A DNA stretch of 62,948 bases, filler included. It is 5 parts of 5 records of this genome, joined end to end, with 100 filler letters (N's around TTAATTAATTAA, not from the genome) between each part and the next. Parts side by side here need not be neighbours in the genome. Positions count along the whole stretch, not along the records: positions 1 to 17,054 come from SRR20825006_240; 4 more parts are not named here. The stretch is one strand, 5' to 3'. A program made the position numbers and the translations under genes. Below the pieces are notes generated by a model, which was given only the letters and a program-made list of their open reading frames with translations, made no database searches and was not told where the DNA came from. Shown here in pieces: positions 1-10,440 of the stretch; positions within the stretch are counted from its first letter, which is position 1; each line of letters starts with the position of its first letter.

Positions 1-471
1 GATCACGAACATCACGTCCGGCCGGCCGGCATCATACTCGTCGAACGTGATCGCCACAGGGCGCTGCAAGGCCCAAGGCAGGATGCCTTCGCGGAATTCG
101 GTGATCTGCGCGCCATCCTTCAGGACAATGGCATCCTTGCCGACCATGTCGATCCGGCTGACATGGCTGTCGAGATTGACCCGGATCATCGGCCAGTTCA
201 GGCGCGCGGCCACCTGTTCGATATGGGTCGATTTCCCTGTGCCGTGATAGCCTTGCACCATGACGCGGCGATTGTGCTGAAATCCTGCCAAGATCGCCAT
301 TGTCGTCTGAGGATCGAAGCGATAGGCCTCGTCAATCGCTGGCACATATTCTGTGCGTGTCTTGAACCCATGTACGACCATGTCCGTGTCGAGGCCGAAA
401 ACCTCGCGAACATTGATTTCTACGGTCGGCTCCATGCCGTCCAGCACATCGGTATCACTCATCACAGTCAT
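1..471 (-). CDS. cobS: Cobaltochelatase subunit CobS (AAA+ ATPase), 3' truncated by window edge
   Basis: Not in ORF track. Manual translation: MTVMSDTD...YRFDPQTTMAILAGFQHNRRVMVQGYHGTGKSTHIEQVAARLNWPMIRVNLDSHVSRIDMVGKD...FDEYDAGRPDVMFVI, the CobS signature with Walker A and B. Confidence 0.93.
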   Translation of the reverse strand, partial: MTVMSDTDVLDGMEPTVEINVREVFGLDTDMVVHGFKTRTEYVPAIDEAYRFDPQTTMAILAGFQHNRRVMVQGYHGTGKSTHIEQVAARLNWPMIRVNLDSHVSRIDMVGKDAIVLKDGAQITEFREGILPWALQRPVAITFDEYDAGRPDVMFVI

Positions 472-575
472 GGCATGCGTCTCGTCATCTATTGCATTGA
501 TGGACCTATCACACCTGACGCTTCCGCCAAGCGTGACATAGGGTCAAATGTGGGTTTGGTCCGCCGCGCGGCAAC

Positions 576-2243
576 TCATTCAGCAGCTTGCCAGACGATT
601 TCCCCGCCAATGATGGTCATTCGGGCCTGTGCATCAAGGATTTCAGCGGCAGGAATCGTCATCAAATCCCGGTCGAAGACGGAGAAATCCGCAATCTTGC
701 CGACTTCGATCGTGCCGAGGTCATCCTCCTGGAAAGCTGCAAAGGCAGCGGCGGACGTGAACAGGGCCAGCGCCTGGTCCCGCGAGAGGGCCTGTTCAGG
801 GTGCCACCCCTCCCCCGCATTACCGTCGAGGTCCTGCCGGGCCACCGCCGCATAGAATTCGATCAGGGGTGAGCCGACTTCAACCGGCGCGTCCGAGCCG
901 CCAGCGACCACGGCGCCTCCGGCCAGCATGTCCTGCCAGGCATATGCGCCGGCCAGCCGATCCAGACCGAGACGTGAGGGGGCGAACTTCAAATCGCCAA
1001 TCGCATGAGATGGCTGCATGGAGGCAATCAGACCCAGCTCTCCGACGCGCGCGACATCCTGCGGCGCGAAGATCTGCGCATGTTCAATCCGCCAGCGTAG
1101 CTCATCGCCATTCCCCAGCGCCTCGAAGGTTTCGAGAATGTGCCGGTTCGCAAGGTCCCCAATGGCATGGATGGCCAACTGGACGTCTGCGCCCTTGGCT
1201 TTCATCATCAAGTCGTGGAGCGACTCCGTATCGAGCAAGGAGAGACCATTGGTATCCGGCTGGTCTGAATAGGGTGCGATCAACAGGGCGCCCCGGCTGC
1301 CAAGGGCGCCGTCCATATAGAGTTTCACAGCACGATTTGTGACCGTGTCGGTCTCGAACTTCCGGGACTCCGCCACTTCGAAGGCGTCCACGTCGAAGGC
1401 ATTGTAAACGCGCAGCGGCAGGCGCCCTTCCCCGTCGAGGCGGGCCATGATGGGCGCCTGGGATGCGCTGACGCTCATATTGTGAACGCCCGTCCAGCCC
1501 CGGCTGGCATAGGTATTGGCGCCAACCTCCAGGGCCGTCTCGACATCTTCTTCCGTTGGGGCCGCAAGCAGCTGGAAGACAGGGCCCATCGCATTGTCGA
1601 TCACAATGCCCGTCGCTTTGCCGCTGTCATCCCGCTCCACCCGGCCGCCCGAAGGGTCTTCGGTCAGATCGTAAATGCCGGCCGCCTTCAGCGCGGACGT
1701 GTTGGCCACGAGGGCATGGCCATCCGCGCGCGTATAGATCACCGGATTATCTGGGCTGACCGCGTCGAGGTCTGCGGCGGAGGGCATGCGCCCTTCCGGC
1801 CAGCCGGTCTCGATCCAGCCGCGCCCGAACAGGATTTCGCCAGGAGCCTTGCCCTGGATCTCTGCCTCGGTGCGGGTGACAAGTTCATCTACGGAGGCGG
1901 TGCCTTCCAGGTTAAGCGTCAGTTCGCGCTGGCCAATCCCCATCAGGTGCGCATGGGCATCGGTGAATCCCGGAAACATGACTGCGCCTCCGAGATCAAC
2001 AATCGTGACCTCGTCTTCGCTCCAGTCGGCCGAGGCGGGCGGCACAATGGCAACGATCCGGCCATCAGGCCCGACGACCACCGCGTCAGCGGTGGGCTGG
2101 TCAGCGACCCCGGTGTAAATTGTGCCCCCAGTAAAGACGGTAAGCGCTTGCGTCTCATCCGTTTCAGATTGCGGAGCCCCGCCCGGCTGGCATGCTGCCA
2201 GAACCCCCAACGCCAGTGCAAAACCCAATACCCGCATGATCAC
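576..2243 (-). CDS. YtcJ-like metal-dependent amidohydrolase (amidohydrolase_3), lipoprotein
   Basis: Lipobox LAAC; motifs PGFTDAHAH, DGALGSRGA, IHAIGD, RIEHAQ, GSDAPV. Confidence 0.9.
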   Translation of the reverse strand: MIMRVLGFALALGVLAACQPGGAPQSETDETQALTVFTGGTIYTGVADQPTADAVVVGPDGRIVAIVPPASADWSEDEVTIVDLGGAVMFPGFTDAHAHLMGIGQRELTLNLEGTASVDELVTRTEAEIQGKAPGEILFGRGWIETGWPEGRMPSAADLDAVSPDNPVIYTRADGHALVANTSALKAAGIYDLTEDPSGGRVERDDSGKATGIVIDNAMGPVFQLLAAPTEEDVETALEVGANTYASRGWTGVHNMSVSASQAPIMARLDGEGRLPLRVYNAFDVDAFEVAESRKFETDTVTNRAVKLYMDGALGSRGALLIAPYSDQPDTNGLSLLDTESLHDLMMKAKGADVQLAIHAIGDLANRHILETFEALGNGDELRWRIEHAQIFAPQDVARVGELGLIASMQPSHAIGDLKFAPSRLGLDRLAGAYAWQDMLAGGAVVAGGSDAPVEVGSPLIEFYAAVARQDLDGNAGEGWHPEQALSRDQALALFTSAAAFAAFQEDDLGTIEVGKIADFSVFDRDLMTIPAAEILDAQARMTIIGGEIVWQAAE

Positions 2244-2305
2244 ATTCCCTCCAAGACGGGACCATGTGTGGCACGCACGGGCGCCCGCTGCCAGATTATG
2301 GACGT

Positions 2306-2340
2306 AAAAAAGCGCGCGCAGCCTGTGCCGCGCGCGCTTT
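2306..2340 (-). terminator. Rho-independent terminator of rpmB
   Basis: AAAGCGCGCGC...GCGCGCGCTTT hairpin, with an A-run that gives a U-tract on the minus strand just downstream of rpmB. Confidence 0.75.
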
Positions 2341-2370
2341 CAAATCTCATCAGCCCAAAAGGTCCAGACC

Positions 2371-2655
2371 TCAGGCGACAGCTTTCTTTTCGATGTCGCG
2401 CTTGATCTTCAGGGCCTTGGAAGACAGGGCATCTTCCTTTGCCTTCGCCAGGAACGCATCCAGGCCGCCGAGCTTGTCGACAGTGCGCAGGGCTTTCGCC
2501 GCGATGCGCATGCGGAAATTCTGGCCCAGTGCATCGGAATGCAGCGTAACCTGTACGAGGTTAGGGCGGAAAATCCGCTTGGTTTTCATTTGCGAGTGGC
2601 TCACATTGTGGCCAGTCATCGGCTTGGTGCCGGTAAGTTCACATTCGCGGGACAT
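2371..2655 (-). CDS. rpmB: 50S ribosomal protein L28
   Basis: MSRECELTGTKPMTGHNVSHSQMKTKRIFRPNL...VDKLGGLDAFL. Start trimmed to the ATG at 2655. Confidence 0.95.
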   Translation of the reverse strand: MSRECELTGTKPMTGHNVSHSQMKTKRIFRPNLVQVTLHSDALGQNFRMRIAAKALRTVDKLGGLDAFLAKAKEDALSSKALKIKRDIEKKAVA

Positions 2656-2906
2656 GGCCTCGCTCCGAATAGGTCTATAGGGATCTCGAAGGCGCGTCGT
2701 TACAGGGCAGATGGCCCCCGTGTCAACTCTGAGGATCAGGCATTTCGGCAGTTTTCCGGTTGCAGGTGTCATCCGCTGTCATACTTGTTGAATGCAAACC
2801 CCATCCGAATGAGGCATGATCAGGGCATGGCTGTTCAGGTGGTGTTGGAGAAGACGGGGTATAGGGGATGTTGTAACCTAGTGCTCCGGAAAGGATTCTG
2901 GTTCAG

Positions 2907-3794
2907 ATGAAACGCGCTTTCCTTCTTGCCTCTGCTGCAGGACTCGCCCTCGCTGGTTTTTCAGCTGCCGATACGGCCCCAAGCAGTGCGGCCCCCGCTG
3001 TCCTTGCCAATGTTAAGGCCGGTGAGGCCACACGCATGGTCTATGAACTGGAGGCGAAAGCCTATGTCTTGTTCATCCCGGCAACCGGCCGGGCCCATTT
3101 CGATGTCGAGATGCGCCCCGATACCTACAGTATCAAATCACGCGTCAAGGTGACCGGCATCGCCGACTGGTTCGTGAATTACGACATGCACCTGCAGGCC
3201 TCCGGCTATACGCGCGGCGACGAGCTGAAGACCTATAATTACGTGTCGCAGAACCGGGACGGTAAAAAGAACCGCCGGGTCAATCTGACAATCACGGATG
3301 ACGATTTCTCGATGACTGCCAATCCGGTCTTCGGGAATCTGGGCGAACCCCCGGCCACGGTTGAGCAGGTCCTCAAGACGAATGACCCGATTACCGCGCT
3401 CATCACATTCGCGCTCGAGCCCCGCGCGCCAGGTGCTGACCCGTGCGGCGGTCCGATCCGTCTGTTCGATGGTCGCCAGCTGACCTATCTGCACCTTGAA
3501 AATGCCGGCACGAAACAGATTGATGTGAAGGCTTGGTCTGGTGAAGCCATCGAGTGTCACATCACGATGGAAAAGGTCGCTGGCTACAAGAAGGACAAGT
3601 CTGACAATGACAATCTGTCAGGCATCGACGGCCCGCTACGCATGTGGCTCGCACCCCTGCCAAATGGTGCGACCGTTCCGGTGAAAATCCAGGCCGATAC
3701 AGACAAGATCGGCAAAGTCACCCTTCAAGCCTCGAAACTCTATTTTGAGCCGGTTGTAACATCAGAAGCCGCGCTGAATTCTGACGGCGGCTAA
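2907..3794 (+). CDS. Secreted DUF3108-like protein
   Basis: Signal peptide; DPITAL...PC...IRLFDGRQ pattern typical of DUF3108. This family is commonly divergent from rpmB in alphaproteobacteria. Confidence 0.65.
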   Translation: MKRAFLLASAAGLALAGFSAADTAPSSAAPAVLANVKAGEATRMVYELEAKAYVLFIPATGRAHFDVEMRPDTYSIKSRVKVTGIADWFVNYDMHLQASGYTRGDELKTYNYVSQNRDGKKNRRVNLTITDDDFSMTANPVFGNLGEPPATVEQVLKTNDPITALITFALEPRAPGADPCGGPIRLFDGRQLTYLHLENAGTKQIDVKAWSGEAIECHITMEKVAGYKKDKSDNDNLSGIDGPLRMWLAPLPNGATVPVKIQADTDKIGKVTLQASKLYFEPVVTSEAALNSDGG

Positions 3795-3799
3795 ACTCG

Positions 3800-4819
3800 T
3801 TACTTTTCGATGGGCAGGCTTCGCAGCGCATCGATCAGCTCAGACATGTCTTCTGGAAGAGGCGCTTCGAACCGAAGCGCCTCTTTCGTTATGGGATGTA
3901 CAAAGCCGAGCACAGCGGCGTGCAAGGCCTGACGGGGAAAGGCGCGCGCCGCATTGGTTCCCGCAATGTGCGCATCGCTTTGCCCATGGACTGTAATCCC
4001 CTTGTGACGTCCATAAACCGGATCACCAATCAGCGGTGCGCCGATATGCGCCATATGCACCCGTATCTGGTGGGTCCGGCCAGTTTCCAGCTGGCATTCC
4101 ATCAGCGCCGCTGCAGGCAGCCGAGTGCCCTTGTCTCTGGTCCCGAACGTTTCGAGTGCCCGGTAGTGCGTGACGGCGTTGCGGCCAACACCGCTTTCAG
4201 GGTTACGCACCACCGCCATCTTCTTCCGGTCTGCAGTGGACCGGGCGATCGGCATGTCCACCGTACCCGACAATGGCCGCGGCGCGCCGCGCGTCACCGC
4301 AAGGTATTTGCGTTCAATATCGTGTTTCTGGAACAGTTCAGACAGGCCGAGATGCGTCGCCTCGGTCTTGGCCGCGACCAGAACGCCGGTCGTCAGCTTG
4401 TCGATCCGGTGAACAATGCCCGGCCGCTCTACCCCGCCAATTCCCGAGAGTTGTCCCCGGCAATGATGGAGCAGCGCGTTGACCAATGTGCCGTCCCAGC
4501 TGCCGGGTGCCGGGTGGACTGCCATACCGGATGGCTTGTTGATGAGGATCAGGTGCTCGTCCTCAAACAGGACGTCGAGCGGGATGTCTTCCGGGTCTGG
4601 TGTTGCAGGAACAGGCTCCGGCAGCTTTATCAGATAGCTGGCACCGGCGACGGCACTGCGCTTCGGGTCCAGCACGGCCTCCCCGTCGAGCGTAACCGCG
4701 CCTTCAAGAATCAACGCTTTCACGCGCGAGCGCGACAATTGCTCAGCCTTTGAGGCGAGAAAAGTATCAAGCCGGGTGCCGGTATCGTCCGCAGTAGCAG
4801 TAATTTTCAGGGTGTCCAT
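3800..4819 (-). CDS. rluD: RluA/RluD-family 23S rRNA pseudouridine synthase
   Basis: N-terminal S4 domain, NKPSGMAVHP, GIVHRIDKLTTG, ETGRTHQIRVH, RQALHA. Confidence 0.92.
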   Translation of the reverse strand: MDTLKITATADDTGTRLDTFLASKAEQLSRSRVKALILEGAVTLDGEAVLDPKRSAVAGASYLIKLPEPVPATPDPEDIPLDVLFEDEHLILINKPSGMAVHPAPGSWDGTLVNALLHHCRGQLSGIGGVERPGIVHRIDKLTTGVLVAAKTEATHLGLSELFQKHDIERKYLAVTRGAPRPLSGTVDMPIARSTADRKKMAVVRNPESGVGRNAVTHYRALETFGTRDKGTRLPAAALMECQLETGRTHQIRVHMAHIGAPLIGDPVYGRHKGITVHGQSDAHIAGTNAARAFPRQALHAAVLGFVHPITKEALRFEAPLPEDMSELIDALRSLPIEK

Positions 4820-4907
4820 TGTGGCGCTTATAGACGAACTTCCGTCTGATCGTCATGCTATTGTCAACAGACCGGACTAGGGGAGGTTCGGAACACGGGA
4901 GAGAACC

Positions 4908-6617
4908 ATGACCAAGATCACTCGACGCGGCCTGCTGGGCGCTGCTGCTACCGGAACCCTGAGTGTTGCCGCCTGCGCAACCACGGCTACCAATGTTGCG
5001 CCAAAGCCGGCGCCATATGCGGGCGAGGTTGAGTTCCTCCATGGAGTCGCATCCGGTGACCCACTCAGTGATCGTGTCATTATCTGGACCCGCGCCACCC
5101 CCAAGACCGGCACTGGCCCGATCCCTGTCTCCTACAGCGTTACCGATCCCGAAAATCCCTCCGCCCCACCTATCACCGGCACAGCTATGGCAAGTGCATC
5201 GCGAGATTATTGCGTGAAGGTCGACGTTGCCGGGCTCAAGCCGGGCAAGGCCTATTCCTACGCCTTCAGCGTTGCGACCGAAGCGGGCAATGTCGACTCG
5301 CCGGAAGGTCGCCTGAAAACAACGGCGCTTCATGGGGACGCCCCCGTGCGCATGGGCGTAGTTTCCTGCTCAAACTGGCAGTTTGGATATTTCAACGCCT
5401 ATGAAGCGTTGTCGAAGGAAGAAGACCTCGACGTCATTCTTCATCTTGGTGACTATCTGTACGAATATGGCGTGGATGGTTACGGAGCTGAAGTGGCGAC
5501 CGAGATTGGCCGCGTTCATGATCCGATCACGGAGATGGTCACGCTCGCCGATTACCGCATGCGCCACGCGCAATACAGGAGCGACCCTGCCCTGCAGGCT
5601 GCACATGCGCTCGCGCCATGGATTTGCACATGGGATGATCATGAAAGCACAAACAATTCCTATCGGACGGGCGCTCAGAATCACAATCCTGAAGAAGGCG
5701 AAGGCGATTGGTCGGATCGCAAACAGGCTGCCATTCAAGCCTACTTCGAGTGGATTCCATTGCGTGAGCCCGCTGCGGGTGAAATCACATCCGCCGTCTG
5801 GCGGAGTTTCACCTTTGGCGATGTCGCCACCATCCATGCCCTGGAAAGCCGCCTGACGGGGCGCTCACCCGATGTCAGCTGGTTTGATGCGCTCACCGGC
5901 GTTACCGACCAGGACGTCATGATGCAACGCGTCGCCGAGACCCTGGAGACAATCAATGATCCAGCCCGCACCATACTTGGATCAGAGCAGGAAGCCTGGC
6001 TGTCCAGCGAGCTCAAAAGCTCGGTCGAGCGCGGCAAGGCCTGGCAGGTTCTCGCCAACCAGGTCGTGATGGCCCGGACAAAACTGCCGAATTTCCAGGA
6101 AACTCTGACGCCTGAACAACTCGCCGCGCAAGACAACGGCTTTGTCCAGACCATGGTTGGCTTTTCAGCGCTGGGCCTGCCATTCAATCTAGATGCGTGG
6201 TCCGGGTTCCCTGCTGCTCGCGAACGGCTCTACGCGGGCGCCGCTGCGGCAGATGCGAAACTGATCACACTGGCAGGAGACACACACACGGCCTGGGTGA
6301 ACACACTCTATGACGCCGAGGGTGGCAAACGCGGCGTCGAGTTCGGGTGCACCTCGATCACTTCACCGGGCACAGGCGCCTACATTAAGGGAATCCCCGA
6401 TCTGGGCGAACAATTCGCCGACGCAAACCCGGAAGTGAATTGGCACGATCCGTTCAATCGTGGTTACACAATCGTCACCCTGTCGAAGGACACGGCGCGC
6501 GCAGAGTATCGCACCGTGTCGAACATCCTGAGCCGCGACTATGCGGTTGAAACGGTAGCTGTGTACGAAACAAGCCAGGAAAATGGTACACTGAGCGATC
6601 TGGTAAGCGTCGCCTAG
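4908..6617 (+). CDS. phoD: PhoD-family alkaline phosphatase, Tat exported
   Basis: TRRGLL Tat motif; HGVASGDP, VSCSN, HLGDYLYEY, WDDHE, LAGDTH. Confidence 0.92.
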   Translation: MTKITRRGLLGAAATGTLSVAACATTATNVAPKPAPYAGEVEFLHGVASGDPLSDRVIIWTRATPKTGTGPIPVSYSVTDPENPSAPPITGTAMASASRDYCVKVDVAGLKPGKAYSYAFSVATEAGNVDSPEGRLKTTALHGDAPVRMGVVSCSNWQFGYFNAYEALSKEEDLDVILHLGDYLYEYGVDGYGAEVATEIGRVHDPITEMVTLADYRMRHAQYRSDPALQAAHALAPWICTWDDHESTNNSYRTGAQNHNPEEGEGDWSDRKQAAIQAYFEWIPLREPAAGEITSAVWRSFTFGDVATIHALESRLTGRSPDVSWFDALTGVTDQDVMMQRVAETLETINDPARTILGSEQEAWLSSELKSSVERGKAWQVLANQVVMARTKLPNFQETLTPEQLAAQDNGFVQTMVGFSALGLPFNLDAWSGFPAARERLYAGAAAADAKLITLAGDTHTAWVNTLYDAEGGKRGVEFGCTSITSPGTGAYIKGIPDLGEQFADANPEVNWHDPFNRGYTIVTLSKDTARAEYRTVSNILSRDYAVETVAVYETSQENGTLSDLVSVA

Positions 6618-7372
6618 TCGAGGATACCGGCGAGGCTGGAGCGCCCACCGTCCAGCTTCAGCAGCTCGCCGGTAACAATGGCAGCTTCTGGAGAAGACAG
6701 GTACCGGGCAGCATCTGCAATTTCATCAGCAATCGCGGCACGTCCCAGCGGGGTGCGTCGGGTTGTCCAGCTTTCAATACGCTCTTCACGAGGGCGGATG
6801 GCGATGATGCCGTTGACGCGTATTTGTTGTTCAGCCAGTTCCACAGCGCCGGCCTTGATGACACCCAGTACGGCAGATTGTGTAATCGTCTCAGTGAACC
6901 GTCCTGGCATGGTTGCCATGGCCGAATAGGACAGGACGAACGTGACGGCCCCCTTCTGGCGGATGCGTTCAACACCAGACTCAGGCAGGTCTTCTTGCTC
7001 AGAAATCCGTTCGGAAAAGACCTTCAATGCCAAGGCCGCGCCGCGTGTGGCCTTGGCCACCGCCTTGTCGAATTTCTCCTGCGCGAAGTCTTCCAGTGAA
7101 TCTGCAGCTTCAATATCCGGAATGACGATCAGATTGTCGACTCGGCCAAACGCCTCGACCGCTACGGTTAGCGCGTTGCGCAGACCGAGCCGCGTATGCA
7201 ACTCACCATGATGGAGCAATACTTCGTCTGGCACAGCGTTACGTGAGGCGGCTATCCGGTCATCAGAAGGGTCAGCGGCGACGACATGATGACCAAACTT
7301 GCTGAACCGACGGGCGACAGCGTCTCCAACCTCACGGCCGAGACCCAGGATGACCGTGACGGGCTGAGCCAT
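6614..7372 (-). CDS. Atypical SDR-family oxidoreductase
   Basis: SDR fold cues (FGRVD, ELAEQQIRVNGI, PLGR, VTGELLKLDGG) but degenerate cofactor and catalytic motifs. Confidence 0.8.
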   Translation of the reverse strand: MAQPVTVILGLGREVGDAVARRFSKFGHHVVAADPSDDRIAASRNAVPDEVLLHHGELHTRLGLRNALTVAVEAFGRVDNLIVIPDIEAADSLEDFAQEKFDKAVAKATRGAALALKVFSERISEQEDLPESGVERIRQKGAVTFVLSYSAMATMPGRFTETITQSAVLGVIKAGAVELAEQQIRVNGIIAIRPREERIESWTTRRTPLGRAAIADEIADAARYLSSPEAAIVTGELLKLDGGRSSLAGILD

Positions 7373-7377
7373 AGCCC

Positions 7378-7707
7378 CTAGGCCCTGGTATCTGTTGTTG
7401 GATCAGCGACAGGTCGGCTACGCCTTGTGCGGATGTCATCTCCGACCACGGACAGACGGTCGTTCAGCCGGTGTAGCGCTGCCAGAATTTCGGCCAACAA
7501 GCGTACGACGATGTAAAGAAAGCCGAGTACAGCCAAACTGGCGACGATACGTCCGATTCCATGGAAGACATGGCCGCTGAAGATCTGTCCCAACCCTGAT
7601 AGCACAGCGAACGCTGCGGCTATGAGGAACAGTATGGCGAGGACGCCCGTAGCCTGTTTGACGGCTCCAAGCGTCATCGCTCTTTCCTGATCAAAGATCT
7701 CGCGCAT
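7378..7707 (-). CDS. Hypothetical two-TM membrane protein
   Basis: 109-aa ORF with two hydrophobic segments and an AAGGAA RBS, lying 5 nt upstream of the SDR gene. Confidence 0.7.
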   Translation of the reverse strand: MREIFDQERAMTLGAVKQATGVLAILFLIAAAFAVLSGLGQIFSGHVFHGIGRIVASLAVLGFLYIVVRLLAEILAALHRLNDRLSVVGDDIRTRRSRPVADPTTDTRA

Positions 7708-7772
7708 GCGTTTTCCTTATGCCTGCTGAAATTCAGGCTAGGGCACAAAGATGAAGGCGAGGTTTCGAGGCC

Positions 7773-7940
7773 CTAGCTCGCTTCCAACACGTGAAGCTGT
7801 TGCTTGATCTGCAGTTTTTCGCGCTTAAGGCGTTTTAATCGAAGGGCATCTGCCGACGGTCGTTTCTGTTCCTCGTGGATAATCTCGTCGAGTTTGCGGT
7901 GCTTGTTGGCGAGCTCATTGATCCGGCCTTTAAGCGACAT
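7773..7940 (-). CDS. YdcH/DUF465-family small coiled-coil protein (55 aa)
   Basis: Below ORF-track cutoff. MSLKGRINELANKHRKLDEIIHEEQKRPSADALRLKRLKREKLQIKQQL; AAGGAG RBS. Confidence 0.85.
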   Translation of the reverse strand: MSLKGRINELANKHRKLDEIIHEEQKRPSADALRLKRLKREKLQIKQQLHVLEAS

Positions 7941-8051
7941 GGCAGTCTCCTTCTTGCTGTTAAGTTGTTGTGTCTTAACGGCAACAGTAAATCACAAGAG
8001 GTTGGGGTCGTCACGGGGGGCGGCCCCCGGAATCGCGCTCAAACGCGTGAA

Positions 8052-8741
8052 TTATTGTTTACCTGCCTGCTGGCTGGTTTTCCTGCGCGCTTTCTGGGCG
8101 AACATCGCCTGGTCGGCCAGTGCCAGCAGGCTTTCAGCGTTCTGGCCCACCTGCCATTCGACCACACCACAGGACGCGCCGATCCGGACTCCCGGATGGG
8201 CATCATCGCCATCACTCCGCACCACCAGCTGGTCGACTTCATGTGTGAGCTGCTCTGCCTTCAGCCGGCTGTCGTCCACATTGGCCTGCGCCAAAACGAT
8301 TCCGAATTCATCCCCGCCTAGTCTGCCCACGATATCGGTCTCGCGCGTATGGCGCAGCAACAGCTCCGCGATACGGATCAGCACCTCATCGCCCGCCGCA
8401 TGCCCGAACACGTCATTGACCTGTTTGAAGTGGTCGAGATCGATATAGATCATCGAAAGCGGTGTTCGGAACCGCGCCGCAAGGGCGATTTCACGCCGGA
8501 TCTCTCGTTCGAAGGCCCGCCGGTTGAAGACGGGACACAGTGCGTCATTGTCGGCGAGTGAAATCGCCTCATCAAGCGCGTCTCGCAACTCATCTGCGTC
8601 TTCGCGCAAAACCAACACTTCATCACAGAGGGCTTCAATGGCGGCGCGGGCCCTGAAATCCAATGCTGACAGGTCAACGCCCAGCACATTCAGCAGTGCC
8701 AATCGTTCCGTCGCCTTTGGAGTGTAGAAGTCGTCCGCCAT
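8052..8741 (-). CDS. Diguanylate cyclase (GGDEF) with short N-terminal coiled coil
   Basis: DLDHFKQVNDVFGH, RxxD I-site (RETD), intact GGDEF. Confidence 0.92.
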   Translation of the reverse strand: MADDFYTPKATERLALLNVLGVDLSALDFRARAAIEALCDEVLVLREDADELRDALDEAISLADNDALCPVFNRRAFEREIRREIALAARFRTPLSMIYIDLDHFKQVNDVFGHAAGDEVLIRIAELLLRHTRETDIVGRLGGDEFGIVLAQANVDDSRLKAEQLTHEVDQLVVRSDGDDAHPGVRIGASCGVVEWQVGQNAESLLALADQAMFAQKARRKTSQQAGKQ

Positions 8742-8750
8742 GTCGGAAGG

Positions 8751-8765
8751 TTAAGCAAATATTAC
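8751..8765 (-). promoter_or_regulatory. Possible CtrA box upstream of GGDEF gene
   Basis: Minus strand reads GTAA-N7-TTAA(C), one mismatch to TTAA-N7-TTAAC. Confidence 0.3.
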
Positions 8766-8865
8766 GCCGAGATACAGTCATTCCTGCCGCGTGAGCCAAC
8801 ACGCTGGCAGTTGACGCCGCAACCCGCTTACTTATGTTGCGCGCTTTCCAGCGGCGAGGCTTCCC

Positions 8866-9360
8866 ATGACGGACACAGATTCCCCACAGGTCGGCATTAT
8901 TATGGGTAGCCAGTCTGACTGGCCAATCATGAGGTTGGCCGCCGAGATCCTCGAGGAACTGGGTGTTACGCACGAAACCCGCATCGTGTCCGCCCACCGC
9001 ACACCTGACCGATTGGTTGAGTATGCAAAATCCGCGCGCGGACGCGGCATGAAGGTCATTATCGCTGGCGCTGGCGGCGCTGCCCATCTGCCCGGCATGG
9101 CCGCGTCGATGACCCCCCTTCCCGTGCTTGGTGTGCCAGTTCAGTCGCGGGCCTTGTCCGGCATGGATAGCCTGCTTTCCATTGTCCAGATGCCGAAAGG
9201 TGTGCCCGTCGGCACGCTGGCCATCGGTGAGGCTGGCGCGACGAATGCCGGACTGCTGGCTGCGTCGATCATCGCCCTTCAGGATCCTGTCGTCGCAGAC
9301 AAGCTGGATGCGTTCCGCCAGGCCCAGACGGACAAGATTGGCGAGTCTCCAGAGGCATGA
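8866..9360 (+). CDS. purE: N5-CAIR mutase
   Basis: [38 protein letters not shown]. Confidence 0.97.
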   Translation: MTDTDSPQVGIIMGSQSDWPIMRLAAEILEELGVTHETRIVSAHRTPDRLVEYAKSARGRGMKVIIAGAGGAAHLPGMAASMTPLPVLGVPVQSRALSGMDSLLSIVQMPKGVPVGTLAIGEAGATNAGLLAASIIALQDPVVADKLDAFRQAQTDKIGESPEA

Positions 9361-10436
9361 CGATGATCGCGCCCGGTCGCACCATCGGGATACTGGGCGG
9401 CGGCCAGCTCGGCCGTATGCTGGCTAGCGCCGCGAACCAGCTTGGCTTTGATGTCCACATTTTTTGCCCGGAAACGGACTCCCCGGCGTCGCGCGGTGCG
9501 CGCAAGACTTGGAATGCCGATTACCTCGACGCCGATGCAATGCGTGAATTCGCAAAATCCTGCGATGTCGTCACACTCGAGTTCGAGAACATCCCGGTCG
9601 AAGCAACAGACCTGATTGCGTCATGCGGAGTCGCGCTGCATCCCGGGCCCAGATCTCTCGCCATCTCGCAGGACCGCGCCGAAGAGAAGGCATTCCTGAA
9701 CCGGATCGGCATTCCAACAGCGCCCTACGAAGTCATTGAGTCGGCAGCTGACATTCCTCCTGCCCTGAAGCGTGTCGGGGGCACGGGCGTGCTGAAGACC
9801 CGCCGCGATGGATACGATGGCAAGGGGCAGACTTGGGTCCGTGCGGCTGACGAGGCCCAGGCGGCATGGTCCGCCATTGGAGAGGCCCCAGCAGTGCTGG
9901 AAGCAGCCATCCCCTTCGAGTGTGAAATTTCAGTCATTGTCGCCCGTTCCAGCGCCGGTCAAACGCTGAGTTGGGCACCCCCACGCAACATGCATGAAGA
10001 CGGCATTCTGGCCCGGTCGGTCGCGCCATCCGGTCTCAGCAAAGCCGTTGAAACCGAAGCCCGCGAAAAGGCCATGAAACTGGTCGACGCCCTCGACCAT
10101 GTCGGCGTCCTCACCCTTGAATTCTTTGTACTTTCAGACGGGACGCTTCTGGCCAACGAGTTCGCCCCAAGGGTTCACAATTCCGGTCATTGGACACCGG
10201 AAGCCTGCCAGACAGGCCAGTTCGAACAGCATATCCGCGCCATCTGCGGCTGGCCCCTCGGCGATACCCGCCGCCTCCATGACGCAGAAATGCGAAATCT
10301 GATCGGTAATGAAGGCTTGGTTGACCCGACGAAGCTGAACGCCGATGAGACTCTGACCCTGTATGGAAAGAGAGACGCCCGACCCGGCCGCAAGATGGGA
10401 CACATCACGCGCCGGATTGCTCCCAGAAAGGACTGA
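9357..10436 (+). CDS. purK: N5-CAIR synthase (ATP-grasp)
   Basis: [40 protein letters not shown] overlap with purE. Confidence 0.96.
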   Translation: MTMIAPGRTIGILGGGQLGRMLASAANQLGFDVHIFCPETDSPASRGARKTWNADYLDADAMREFAKSCDVVTLEFENIPVEATDLIASCGVALHPGPRSLAISQDRAEEKAFLNRIGIPTAPYEVIESAADIPPALKRVGGTGVLKTRRDGYDGKGQTWVRAADEAQAAWSAIGEAPAVLEAAIPFECEISVIVARSSAGQTLSWAPPRNMHEDGILARSVAPSGLSKAVETEAREKAMKLVDALDHVGVLTLEFFVLSDGTLLANEFAPRVHNSGHWTPEACQTGQFEQHIRAICGWPLGDTRRLHDAEMRNLIGNEGLVDPTKLNADETLTLYGKRDARPGRKMGHITRRIAPRKD

Positions 10437-10440
10437 ATGC

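Noticed and set aside
163..855. 230-aa plus-strand ORF
   Set aside because: Antisense to cobS and the amidohydrolase, which have clear motifs.
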